Below are positions 29,884-38,823 of a stretch of DNA of 64,000 nucleotides, one piece after another. The notes beneath the pieces were generated by a model. It worked only from the letters and a program-made list of their open reading frames with translations. It was not told the origin of the DNA and ran no database searches. The position numbers and the translations under genes are program-made. Position 1 is the first letter of the stretch; every line of letters begins with the position of its first letter. Source of the DNA: Bacilli bacterium (GTDB taxonomy: Bacteria; Bacillota_I; Bacilli_A; RF39; UBA660). The DNA lies in contig JAFXPU010000022.1 of NCBI GenBank assembly GCA_017527675.1, positions 36,554-100,553 on the forward strand, in the 5' to 3' direction.

Positions 29884-30381
29884 ATGAAAAAAATGCCTTT
29901 GTTAATTGTAGGACTATATATTGCACTGTTTTGCTTTAAAATTAATGTAAATGCAGCTGATTGTGCTTATGGTTTACAGGCCCCACAGATACCACAGGGA
30001 TATGCATATAATAGTGGCGATTTAGTTCATCTTCATACATCATATTCTGCATGTAAAGGTGTAAACACGGCCGTATATTTTGGCGGTTTTGGTTCTCTCC
30101 CAAACTGGTTTGAGCCAACTCCTAACACAGTTGTCCATGGAGATTTAATGGAGTGGGATCCACAAGAATATGCACCTAATGAAACAGTAAAACACTACTA
30201 TGGGACTTTTACTGGAAGAACCTTAACAAATTTTTATTTAAGTTCAACTGTAACACCGGGTAACATTGATAGTGAAGGTGATCAAACGTGCGAATTGTAT
30301 ATGGATTTTTCAATTTCAGGATTTAATGGTGGAACGCCAATTCCACAAGGATTATTCTACTATGGAATTTGTATGAATTAA
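29884..30381 (+). CDS. Small secreted Cys-containing protein (6 Cys), hypothetical.
   Basis: Signal peptide MKKMPLLIVGLYIALFCFKINVNA and six spaced cysteines. Confidence 0.45.
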   Translation: MKKMPLLIVGLYIALFCFKINVNAADCAYGLQAPQIPQGYAYNSGDLVHLHTSYSACKGVNTAVYFGGFGSLPNWFEPTPNTVVHGDLMEWDPQEYAPNETVKHYYGTFTGRTLTNFYLSSTVTPGNIDSEGDQTCELYMDFSISGFNGGTPIPQGLFYYGICMN

Positions 30382-30399
30382 TAAAATGGAGGTGAAATT

Positions 30400-31245
30400 A
30401 TGAGAAAAAAAAATTACTTTTTTGTAGGTGTTTTAATATTAGCTTTAGCTGCTGGTGCAATTGTTGTTAAAGCAATGAATAAAAGAAAGCCATTTGTTGA
30501 TACTGAATTAGTTTATACTGAACAAAGCGTTTTTGATGATAAAGGTAATGGTTGGATATATAATTTTGAAATAATATATATTGATGGAGAGGAAAAATTA
30601 AATTATATTTTTGATGGTTATAATTTAAAATATAAACCTGTTGGGAAAGAATATTATGTTTCATATAATGATTTGGAAACTGGTAAAGAAATAGATAGAA
30701 TTCCAGCTAGATATGCAACATTATCTACATCAGAAGTATATAGAAATGATGTTGCTTTAATTAATAAATATTTTAATGAAAAACAATTTAAGAATAAAAT
30801 AACTATTAATGATTTAAAGGACTTAAAAATTACAAAAATGGATAAAAAATATCTTGTTGATTTATTTAATAGAACAATATCATCAGATATAATGAATGAG
30901 TCAGGTAAATATATAAAAGCCCCATCATTAGATATAAAAACTATAGATATGGAAGATGGCTCTGGTAACTGGCAAATAATGTATATACTTGATTATGGTT
31001 ATATTAGTAATATAGAAATTGAATTTATATCTGAAGATAATAAAAATTTATCAGACAAAAAAGATTTATCAAGTGATGAGAAAAAATTATTATCTGAAAT
31101 TGATAATTTAGAAGATAGAATTATTAAAGAGCAACAAGTATCATCAAAATTAGTTGATAACAGTTACAAAGTAATCAATAATGAAAAAGAGTTAAAAGAA
31201 TTATTAGATATTATTGATAAGGAAGTATTAAATATAGAAGAATAA
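30400..31245 (+). CDS. Membrane-anchored hypothetical protein with an acidic coiled-coil C-terminus.
   Basis: N-terminal TM. Directly upstream of the protease gene, same strand, 11-nt gap. Confidence 0.4.
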   Translation: MRKKNYFFVGVLILALAAGAIVVKAMNKRKPFVDTELVYTEQSVFDDKGNGWIYNFEIIYIDGEEKLNYIFDGYNLKYKPVGKEYYVSYNDLETGKEIDRIPARYATLSTSEVYRNDVALINKYFNEKQFKNKITINDLKDLKITKMDKKYLVDLFNRTISSDIMNESGKYIKAPSLDIKTIDMEDGSGNWQIMYILDYGYISNIEIEFISEDNKNLSDKKDLSSDEKKLLSEIDNLEDRIIKEQQVSSKLVDNSYKVINNEKELKELLDIIDKEVLNIEE

Positions 31246-31256
31246 TAATTAAAGGA

Positions 31257-32435
31257 GTGATATTTATTAAAAAGAATTTTATAATTTTTACGGGATTATT
31301 ATTACTTATTTTATTTGGAACAGTTAATCCTGTTTCAGCGATTGAAAAAAGTAATAATCAATCTAAATATTCTGACGAGTATTTACAATTAAATTATCAA
31401 AAAACTATATTAGCTGGAAAAATTGATTCATTAGCTAAGGATAATGGAAAATATTTGCCATATTTTGGTGGTATTTACATTAGTAATGATTCGCAAAATG
31501 TTATTTTGCAAATTGTTAAAAAAAATGAACCACAACCAGCAACAACTGAATATGAAAAATATCAAAATATAATTAATTTTGATGAAAGTATAAAAATTGA
31601 ATATGTTAAAAATTCTTATCAAGATCTTCAAATCGAATATGAAAAATTAAATAATTATTTTGAAAACGAAAAAAATAGTAACAAAAAGGCAAAATTAATA
31701 AATAATATTAAAGTGTATTATATTGATACAGTTAACAATAATATTATAATTGAAGCAAATGATATACAAGATAGTTTATTAAGAAACTTAATAAATAAAG
31801 AATTAAAGTTGACTACAGTAGATTTTAAAGAGTCTAAGGGAAAAATAATTCCTTTTTCATCATTATATGCTAGTCAACAAATATCAGTATCAGGAGGATA
31901 TTGTTCAGTTGGTTTCAGAGCAAAAATAAATGGCGTTGAAGGATATGTTACTGCTGGTCATTGCGTTAATGGATTATATAATGTATTACCAACAGGAATT
32001 GTTGGTAAGCGTCAATTTAGTGGTAGTTTAGATGCAGCATTTATTTTGACAAATAACAGTTATTCACCTTCAAACTATATTTTATATAATAATGGTAATG
32101 TTACACAATTAAATACTATTATGTCATGTCCAACCTTAAGCGTTGGAACAGTTATTGCAAAATCAGGATATTATACTCAGTACACCTCTGGAACGGTTAC
32201 ATATACATCATTAACAGCAACTATTAATGGAGTTCCTATATATAATCTTGTTTCAACAAATGCTACAGCTGATGGAGGAGATAGTGGTGGAACAGTTTAT
32301 ATTCCAACTAATATTTCTGGTGGTGGATCACTTGCTGGGATAGTTAGTGGTGGTGACACAACTAGCTCATCTTATTCAATGGTATTTGTTAGAGAAGATT
32401 ATATTCAATCAGCTTTTGGATATACAAGATATTAA
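31257..32435 (+). CDS. Secreted chymotrypsin-fold serine protease with an N-terminal propeptide (S1 family, streptogrisin/alpha-lytic-protease-like).
   Basis: Signal peptide, His motif TAGHC, Ser motif GDSGG, and CSVGF as in streptogrisins. Confidence 0.65.
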   Translation: MIFIKKNFIIFTGLLLLILFGTVNPVSAIEKSNNQSKYSDEYLQLNYQKTILAGKIDSLAKDNGKYLPYFGGIYISNDSQNVILQIVKKNEPQPATTEYEKYQNIINFDESIKIEYVKNSYQDLQIEYEKLNNYFENEKNSNKKAKLINNIKVYYIDTVNNNIIIEANDIQDSLLRNLINKELKLTTVDFKESKGKIIPFSSLYASQQISVSGGYCSVGFRAKINGVEGYVTAGHCVNGLYNVLPTGIVGKRQFSGSLDAAFILTNNSYSPSNYILYNNGNVTQLNTIMSCPTLSVGTVIAKSGYYTQYTSGTVTYTSLTATINGVPIYNLVSTNATADGGDSGGTVYIPTNISGGGSLAGIVSGGDTTSSSYSMVFVREDYIQSAFGYTRY

Positions 32436-32514
32436 AAGATAATTGTAAATATAATAAGAAAAAAGTGTTGAATCTCAACACTTTTTGTTATTTAAATTAC
32501 ATTATAAAATACAA

Positions 32515-32754
32515 TTAATATTCTAATTTGCTCATGTCAAATAATTTTGAATTATAAAAATCTTTCAAACTAATATTTAATGTTTTACATATTTTAAAAA
32601 TAATTGTTGAACTAGGATTTTCTACTTGATTTGCAAGTAAGGCTCTTAAAGTAGATGGTGGTATAGCAGATAATTCAGCAAGTTTATTTGGTGTATATTT
32701 ATACTCGTTACATAATTCTAATATTCTTAAACTTATAGCTTCTTTAAACAACAT
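32515..32754 (-). CDS. Small XRE-family HTH transcriptional regulator.
   Basis: 79 aa with an HTH_XRE-like stretch (PNKLAELSAIPPSTLRALL). Confidence 0.5.
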   Translation of the reverse strand: MLFKEAISLRILELCNEYKYTPNKLAELSAIPPSTLRALLANQVENPSSTIIFKICKTLNISLKDFYNSKLFDMSKLEY

Positions 32755-32904
32755 ACATTCACTTCCAACATCTATAAAAATTGTAGCAGATATCTGCTAA
32801 TATTATGCACCGATATCGGTTGACTTATAACATGATAAGTGTTAAAATTTAGATAAATTTATGCATGATGTAAAAAGTATATTAAAATTTAGGGGCGTAA
32901 TATA

Positions 32905-33357
32905 ATGGATTATAATGAATTAGTTCAAAAAAAAACTAAATCAAGAATAATATATAAACCAAATAAACAGCTAAAAGCTATAATAGGAGATTATATGCTA
33001 GAAAGCGCAACTTTATCAAACAAAATTATAAAGTCACTTGGAATAGATACAATTATAGTATCATCACCTGAAGATATATTTGAACTAGTTAAAGAAGGTA
33101 ATAAAGTAGATTTTATTATTACAAATAATCTTTATAACAATAGTAAATATGATGGTTTTCAAATAGCTTACCATTTAAAAATTATATTAAATTATGAAAA
33201 GCCATTAATTGTTTTAACGTCTTCATATAACCAGGATTATTATTTCTTACATAAATGCGGATTTGATGGTTATCTTACTAAACCACTAGAAATTGAAAAG
33301 GCTAGGGAAACAGTCTTAAAATTAATTCCTGATTTGAAATTTATAAAAATTGATTAA
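32905..33357 (+). CDS. Stand-alone receiver-like (REC) domain protein with Asn at the phospho-acceptor position (pseudo-receiver).
   Basis: CheY-like alternating pattern with the conserved Lys region DGYLTKP. VDFIITN stands where DxxxxD is expected. No N-terminal acidic pair. Confidence 0.45.
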   Translation: MDYNELVQKKTKSRIIYKPNKQLKAIIGDYMLESATLSNKIIKSLGIDTIIVSSPEDIFELVKEGNKVDFIITNNLYNNSKYDGFQIAYHLKIILNYEKPLIVLTSSYNQDYYFLHKCGFDGYLTKPLEIEKARETVLKLIPDLKFIKID

Positions 33358-33462
33358 GAAATATTATAGTTTTCAAAAGAGATGTATAATATAATTAATT
33401 TAATGTACAAAAAATAAAAAAGTTTGTTATAATAGTGAATACGCGACAAATGAGGTGTTAAT

Positions 33463-33786
33463 ATGGACATTAATAAAGTTATAGATGATTTAATGGATTA
33501 TTGCTATAAAAATGATTCATCAATTAATATTGAAAAGGATCTAATTGATAATTATCAAGAAGAGTTTTTAAATGGATTTATTAGTGTTCTTTTAAATAAA
33601 TATTTAAAAGATGAAGGTTTTGAAGTGTATCTATGTATTAAATCAAAGCAAAAAATTGCCTGCCCATTACTATATAAAATATTTAAAGATGAAAAAGCAG
33701 CTAGAAATTACTATAAAAGCTTAAAAAAAATAATTTTAAATTTTGATGCTGGTAGTGTTATAAACTATTGTAAATCAAGGGATTAA
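33463..33786 (+). CDS. Hypothetical protein.
   Basis: ORF followed by a strong terminator (11-bp perfect stem at 33862-33900). Confidence 0.35.
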   Translation: MDINKVIDDLMDYCYKNDSSINIEKDLIDNYQEEFLNGFISVLLNKYLKDEGFEVYLCIKSKQKIACPLLYKIFKDEKAARNYYKSLKKIILNFDAGSVINYCKSRD

Positions 33787-33861
33787 AGCAAAAATCCCGT
33801 ACCCCAACCCGTTATATAAAAAGGGACTTGTATTCCGTTGTCAATATGTTAAAATATAGTA

Positions 33862-33908
33862 AAATGAAATAACTATGTAGAAATACTAATTATTTCATTT
33901 TTTTTAAT
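33862..33908 (+). terminator. Rho-independent terminator.
   Basis: AAATGAAATAA-N18-TTATTTCATTT followed by a T8 run. Confidence 0.5.
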
Positions 33909-34145
33909 TGTTATTGACTTTTTCCAATAAAACTATATAATAAATAACAATTTATATGTTTAATTAGTTTTGGAGGATGGTTGGATGATATGGATATTAT
34001 TGTTATTAAATATTAATTTTTATATATTTTAAACATTGATCCATTGTAGATTTTACCACCCAAAACTAATATTAAAGAAAATAGAAGAGTAGTAGTAGCT
34101 TTTATTTAATAGCCATTATTGCTCTTCTTTTTCTTTTAATGGGGG

Positions 34146-34583
34146 ATGCATATGAAACTATTGAGCTTAAAAGAATTGTCTATTTTTGACTATACTAAGA
34201 CAAGAGAAAGGGTTGACGACTACTTAAAAGATTTAACAATGATTAAATTCAAATATAGGAATGTTTTGCCACCGTCTTTAGCTTCTAATTTATTTGATAT
34301 TAGAATTATAAAATCTGGTGTGCCTAAATCACAAATTGAAATCTATACAGAAAAAAAGGACGAATTTGAAAGATTGTATTATCAAAAGTTAAAAGAAATT
34401 GATATTTTAATTGACGATATGACAATTTATGAAAAGAGATTTTTTAAAGATCACTTTATTAATGGTATACCAATGAAGTTTTTTGAAGATGAATTTCATT
34501 GTGGACGTGAATTAGTCTGCCATATAAAGAAAAGCTCAGTAATTAAATTTGCACTTGCCTTAGATTTAGCAGTTTATAAATAG
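34146..34583 (+). CDS. Putative small sigma-like/ArpU-family transcriptional regulator (tentative).
   Basis: Size and position upstream of the recombinase, with weak resemblance to ArpU/RinA-type late regulators. Confidence 0.25.
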   Translation: MHMKLLSLKELSIFDYTKTRERVDDYLKDLTMIKFKYRNVLPPSLASNLFDIRIIKSGVPKSQIEIYTEKKDEFERLYYQKLKEIDILIDDMTIYEKRFFKDHFINGIPMKFFEDEFHCGRELVCHIKKSSVIKFALALDLAVYK

Positions 34584-34646
34584 AAAATCACTTCGGTGAT
34601 TTTTTTGTTGGAATAAAGTCACTATTAAGTAATAATTGGAGGTTTT

Positions 34647-34850
34647 ATGAAAAAAAAATTATATAGAGTCATTGTTGATAATGATGGTGAAGTAAATACA
34701 ATGATAATGAGTGGATATAGTAAGAAATCAGTTACAAAAATGTTAACTGATTTTTATATTAAAACAAAGCGTATGAATAATTTTAAATTTTTTTATATTT
34801 ATTTAAAACAAGTTGAATATATAGATGGTAACTATAAAACAATAGAATAA
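34647..34850 (+). CDS. Hypothetical small protein.
   Basis: ORF with RBS GGAGG. Confidence 0.3.
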   Translation: MKKKLYRVIVDNDGEVNTMIMSGYSKKSVTKMLTDFYIKTKRMNNFKFFYIYLKQVEYIDGNYKTIE

Positions 34851-34914
34851 TCAAGTTATATTTATTATTTTTAAAAAATATTAATCATAGATTTTAATAA
34901 GTGGGGTAATAAAA

Positions 34915-35097
34915 ATGGAAAAATATAAAGTTAGTTTTACTTTCGGCAGCAGTTCTTTAAATAATATTTTTATAAATGTGTTATTAAAAGAACTAAGAAG
35001 TAATTTTAAAATTGATAAAAATGGTGTATTATTATCTTATACTCATCTCTCTTTAAACAAAGGAGGTATGAACAATATTTTTAGAGAGCATGAATAA
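34915..35097 (+). CDS. Hypothetical small protein that overlaps the recombinase start.
   Basis: ORF only. Confidence 0.25.
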   Translation: MEKYKVSFTFGSSSLNNIFINVLLKELRSNFKIDKNGVLLSYTHLSLNKGGMNNIFREHE

Positions 35098-36646
35098 TGC
35101 ATATAATGTAGGTGTATATATTAGATTATCAAGAGAAGATGATGATAAGGTTTATGAAAGTGAAAGTATTACTAATCAAAAAAGTTTATTACTTCAATAT
35201 GCTAAAGAAAACAATTTAAGAATCTATGATATTTATATTGATGATGGTTATTCAGGAACTAATTTTGATAGACCAGAATTTAAAAGATTAATAAATGATA
35301 TTGAACTCAAAAAAATTAATATGGTTATTACTAAAGATATGTCAAGACTTGGTAGGGACTACATAGGAACAGGGGAGTTAGTAGAAAAATATTTTCCTGA
35401 ACATAATGTTAGATATATTGCTGTAACTGATAATATCGATACATATTTAGATTCGACTAATAATGACATAGCTCCATTTAAAGCAATTATGAATGATTTT
35501 TATGCTAAAGATATTTCTAAAAAAATTAAATCAAGTTTAAGAGCTAAAATGAAAGATGGAAAATTTGTTGGTGGTAGAGCTCCATTTGGTTATGATAGAG
35601 ATCCAGATAATAAAAATCATTTAATTGTTAATGATGAACAAGCATTAATTGTTAAAAGAATATTTGAAATGAGTTTAAGTGGATTATCATTTTATCGTAT
35701 TGCTGAGATTTTAACAAATGAGCATGTTAAAACACCAGCTTCATATTATGAGTTTGAATGGTGTGGTCATAATTATCACTACAATAGATGGCATGCAAAG
35801 ACAATTAATGATATTCTGATTAATAGAATGTATACTGGTGATTTAATTCAAAATAGAAGAAATAAAGTTAATTATAAAGTCAAAAAAATAGTTAGAAATA
35901 ATCCTAATAATTATATTATTGTTGAAAATACACATGAAGCTATTATAGATAAGAAAACATTTGAAGAAGTTCAACAGAAACTGCCTAAGAATGTTGGAAG
36001 AAAAGAGAAAAAAGAAAATCATTTATTAGATGGATTATTATATTGTGGAGATTGTGGTCATAGAATATCAGTTCAAGCTAGAAGAAAGAAAGATAATAAA
36101 TGTTATACTATGTGTAATTACTATCGTACTTATATGAAAGATCATTTATGTACAACACATTCTAATAATTATGATATCTTAGAAAAGATTATTTTAGATA
36201 ATTTAAAAGAGTTATGTTTAAAATACATTGATAAGAATATAATAAAAGAATCAGTTATCAATAGTTGTAGAGATTTAAATAACAATGATAATAAAAAAGA
36301 GATAGAAATAATATCAAAAGAGATTAATCAAATAAATGACAATTTAGATAATATTTATATTGATAAATTAAATAAAGTAATAAATGAAGAACAATTTAAT
36401 CGTATAAAGAGTAAACTTGAACTAGAACTTAATAGAAAAACAAAACGTCTTGATGATCTAAAAAGTGTTATGGCAGATAATAGTAATAAAAAAAATAATC
36501 TAAGGAAAATAGAAAAGTATATTGAATCATTTTTATCTATGGAAAATCCAAGTAGAGAATTAATAACTAATTTAATTGATAGAATTGATATTTATGAGGA
36601 TAAAAGAATAAATATTTCAGTGTCTTTTGCTAATATTGAAAAGTAG
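35090..36646 (+). CDS. Large serine recombinase (resolvase/invertase catalytic domain plus recombinase and zinc-ribbon C-terminal domains).
   Basis: N-terminal VGVYIRLSREDD catalytic-Ser motif, ~520 aa, a Cys cluster CGDCGH...C, and a C-terminal coiled coil. Confidence 0.8.
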   Translation: MNNAYNVGVYIRLSREDDDKVYESESITNQKSLLLQYAKENNLRIYDIYIDDGYSGTNFDRPEFKRLINDIELKKINMVITKDMSRLGRDYIGTGELVEKYFPEHNVRYIAVTDNIDTYLDSTNNDIAPFKAIMNDFYAKDISKKIKSSLRAKMKDGKFVGGRAPFGYDRDPDNKNHLIVNDEQALIVKRIFEMSLSGLSFYRIAEILTNEHVKTPASYYEFEWCGHNYHYNRWHAKTINDILINRMYTGDLIQNRRNKVNYKVKKIVRNNPNNYIIVENTHEAIIDKKTFEEVQQKLPKNVGRKEKKENHLLDGLLYCGDCGHRISVQARRKKDNKCYTMCNYYRTYMKDHLCTTHSNNYDILEKIILDNLKELCLKYIDKNIIKESVINSCRDLNNNDNKKEIEIISKEINQINDNLDNIYIDKLNKVINEEQFNRIKSKLELELNRKTKRLDDLKSVMADNSNKKNNLRKIEKYIESFLSMENPSRELITNLIDRIDIYEDKRINISVSFANIEK

Positions 36647-36674
36647 TGTTATAATTGCCGTAAGAGGTGATATT

Positions 36675-37469
36675 ATGTCAGCAAGTATTTTTGACGTTGA
36701 AATAAGAATAAATATTAATAAAGAATATATTAAAATGATTAAATATTTACATGAATTGGATGATACAACGGAAAGTGGTGATTGTTGTTTTTCATTTATA
36801 GATGCGATTGACAACTATGCGTTTAGTAAGTGGCCATATAGGGGAACAGCAATAAATTGTATTGAGTACTTGCAAAATATAGGATTACCTGATTACTTAT
36901 TTAAAGATTGTTATAGTATTGATATGCAATCATTTTTGTATTATATAGAATTTATATATAATATTTATAAATTTGCTACGTTAAATGACTATATTTATAT
37001 AAGTGATGCAAGTGTCTGTGCTATCTTAGATAATATTGACTTAATTGTTGAAAAACTAAACTATCAATTTATAGAAGATAAAGATAGATTTATACTTGTA
37101 AAAAGAGATTCTGATGTAGATAGTATACTTAATAATGTTGATAGTAATATTGCATTAACATTATTAGAATATAATGATTTCAAAGTTAAATATAATATAA
37201 AGAGAAAAAATGAGTTATTAAAAACTATTGATAACTATATTGAAAAAAAACAATCAATTTATTTAAAATTGGATAAAGATACTTACAAGTCAATAGGTTA
37301 CATAATGAATAATTTTGGTATAAATCATAAGATAAATGAGAAATATAAAAATATTACTGAGAGTGAAATACTTCAATGGTATGATAAATGTTTTAAATTA
37401 TGTATACATTTAATTAGAAAAGAAGATATTAATAGAATAAACATTGAAAGAAAAAAACTAGAAGAATAA
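36675..37469 (+). CDS. Hypothetical protein adjacent to the recombinase.
   Basis: AAGAGGTGA RBS before the ATG at 36675. The ORF track starts it at 36627. Confidence 0.4.
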   Translation: MSASIFDVEIRININKEYIKMIKYLHELDDTTESGDCCFSFIDAIDNYAFSKWPYRGTAINCIEYLQNIGLPDYLFKDCYSIDMQSFLYYIEFIYNIYKFATLNDYIYISDASVCAILDNIDLIVEKLNYQFIEDKDRFILVKRDSDVDSILNNVDSNIALTLLEYNDFKVKYNIKRKNELLKTIDNYIEKKQSIYLKLDKDTYKSIGYIMNNFGINHKINEKYKNITESEILQWYDKCFKLCIHLIRKEDINRINIERKKLEE

Positions 37470-37636
37470 GTCTACCATAAACGGACAAGGACATGTATGT
37501 CCAATACATACACATGTAATAAATAAACATATCTATACACATACTTATAAACCAGCATATTCTTGTTCAGAAGAAAATGTGGTTATCAATAAACAATGTG
37601 GTTCATGTTGTTGTTTTAATAAAAATAATATGATGT

Positions 37637-37666
37637 AAAAAGAATAACTATGTTATTCTTTTTTTA
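37637..37666 (+). terminator. Rho-independent terminator (copy 1 of a 45-bp direct repeat).
   Basis: AAAAAGAATAAC-TAT-GTTATTCTTTTT hairpin followed by a T-run. Confidence 0.55.
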
Positions 37667-37735
37667 TATATAAAACAAGTGATTTATAGGTTAAAATATG
37701 GTATAATTATTATATAAATGAAGGAGGATTGTTTT

Positions 37736-38488
37736 ATGGATGCAGCAACTATAAAGAAAGCATTACTTCAACAAAAAAAAATAAATTTACCTGGTAATTT
37801 GTATTATAAAACTCAAATAGATTTTGCATACAATACAAATCATATGGAGGGTTCTACAATTACTCCAGATGAAACTAGAAGTATCTATGATACTGGAACA
37901 ATACTTGCAGATAATAATAAAGTTATAGTTGTCCGTGACGTAACAGAAACTCAAAATCATTTTACGTTATTTAAATATATGTTAGATACTATTGACGAGC
38001 CTTTAACTGAAGATATGATTAAATATTTTCACTTCTTGCTTAAAAATGGAACTATAAGTGAAGAAGATAAAGAAACAATAGCCGTTGGTGATTACAAAAA
38101 GTTAGTCAATTATGTAGGTGATATTAAGACAACGAGTCCTAAAAATGTATCAAGTGATATGAAGGATTTGTTAACCTGGTATGATAAATTATCAAATAAA
38201 ACTATCGAAGATATTATAGAATTTCATGTAAGATTTGAGAAAATTCATCCATTTCAAGATGGTAATGGTAGAGTAGGAAGAATGATTATGTTTAGAGAGT
38301 GTTTATATAATGACATAATACCATTCTTTATTGAAGATAGAAATAAAGATTTTTATATAAGAGGAATAAAAGAATATCAAATTAATAATGAAAAAGGATA
38401 CTTAATTGATACTTGTTTAAACAGTCAAGATAATTATGAAAAATTAGCAAAATATTTCTTGGAAAATGAAGAAAATAATGATAAATAA
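37736..38488 (+). CDS. Fic/Doc family protein (putative AMPylator or related transferase).
   Basis: Canonical Fic motif HPFQDGNGRVGR. AGGAGG RBS before the ATG at 37736. Confidence 0.8.
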   Translation: MDAATIKKALLQQKKINLPGNLYYKTQIDFAYNTNHMEGSTITPDETRSIYDTGTILADNNKVIVVRDVTETQNHFTLFKYMLDTIDEPLTEDMIKYFHFLLKNGTISEEDKETIAVGDYKKLVNYVGDIKTTSPKNVSSDMKDLLTWYDKLSNKTIEDIIEFHVRFEKIHPFQDGNGRVGRMIMFRECLYNDIIPFFIEDRNKDFYIRGIKEYQINNEKGYLIDTCLNSQDNYEKLAKYFLENEENNDK

Positions 38489-38502
38489 AATAATATGATG
38501 TA

Positions 38503-38532
38503 AAAAGAATAACTATGTTATTCTTTTTTTAT
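38503..38532 (+). terminator. Rho-independent terminator (copy 2 of the 45-bp repeat).
   Basis: Identical hairpin to the one at 37637-37666. Confidence 0.55.
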
Positions 38533-38560
38533 TGACAAATGTATAAACAATGTATATACT
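38532..38560 (+). promoter_or_regulatory. Sigma-A type promoter for mazEF: TTGACA-17-TATACT.
   Basis: Read directly. The spacer contains TGTATA..TGTATA repeats that could be an operator. Confidence 0.45.
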
Positions 38561-38580
38561 ATTATTAAGGAGATAATAAT

Positions 38581-38823
38581 ATGGAATTAAGATTGCAAAA
38601 ATGGGGTAATTCCTATGGTATAAGAATACCTAGTAGTATTATTAAATCATTAGATTTAAATTTAAATGATTTAATGGATATAAAAGAAGAAGATGATAGG
38701 ATTATTATTTCAAAATCTAAAAAACAAAAAATATCACTTGAAAAATTATTTGAACAATATAATGGTTCAAATTTAGCTAAAGATTTTAGCTGGGATGAAC
38801 CACAAGGAAGGGAAATATGGTAG
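38581..38823 (+). CDS. mazE: MazE/PemI-type antitoxin (AbrB/SpoVT fold).
   Basis: MELRLQKWGNSYGIRIPSSIIKSLDL swapped-hairpin signature. Overlaps the mazF start. Confidence 0.75.
   Translation: MELRLQKWGNSYGIRIPSSIIKSLDLNLNDLMDIKEEDDRIIISKSKKQKISLEKLFEQYNGSNLAKDFSWDEPQGREIW

Larger units (their letters stand above)
2874..37620. mobile_element. Putative integrative conjugative element (Tcp/Tn916-like T4SS plus large serine recombinase). Boundaries are approximate and not defined by repeats.
   Basis: Contiguous block: adhesin/sortase, ssb, VirB6-like, VirB4-like, M23 hydrolase, oriT candidate, relaxase, VirD4-like, secreted cargo and serine recombinase. Housekeeping genes resume after ~42.4 kb. 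Confidence 0.5.

Noticed and set aside
34146-34583. Possibility that the region 33.4-37.5 kb is a prophage remnant (ArpU-like regulator plus recombinase).
   Set aside because: I found no capsid, terminase, portal, tail or lysis-cassette genes anywhere in the window. A serine recombinase with small regulators is equally typical of ICE ends. The ArpU-like call itself is weak.
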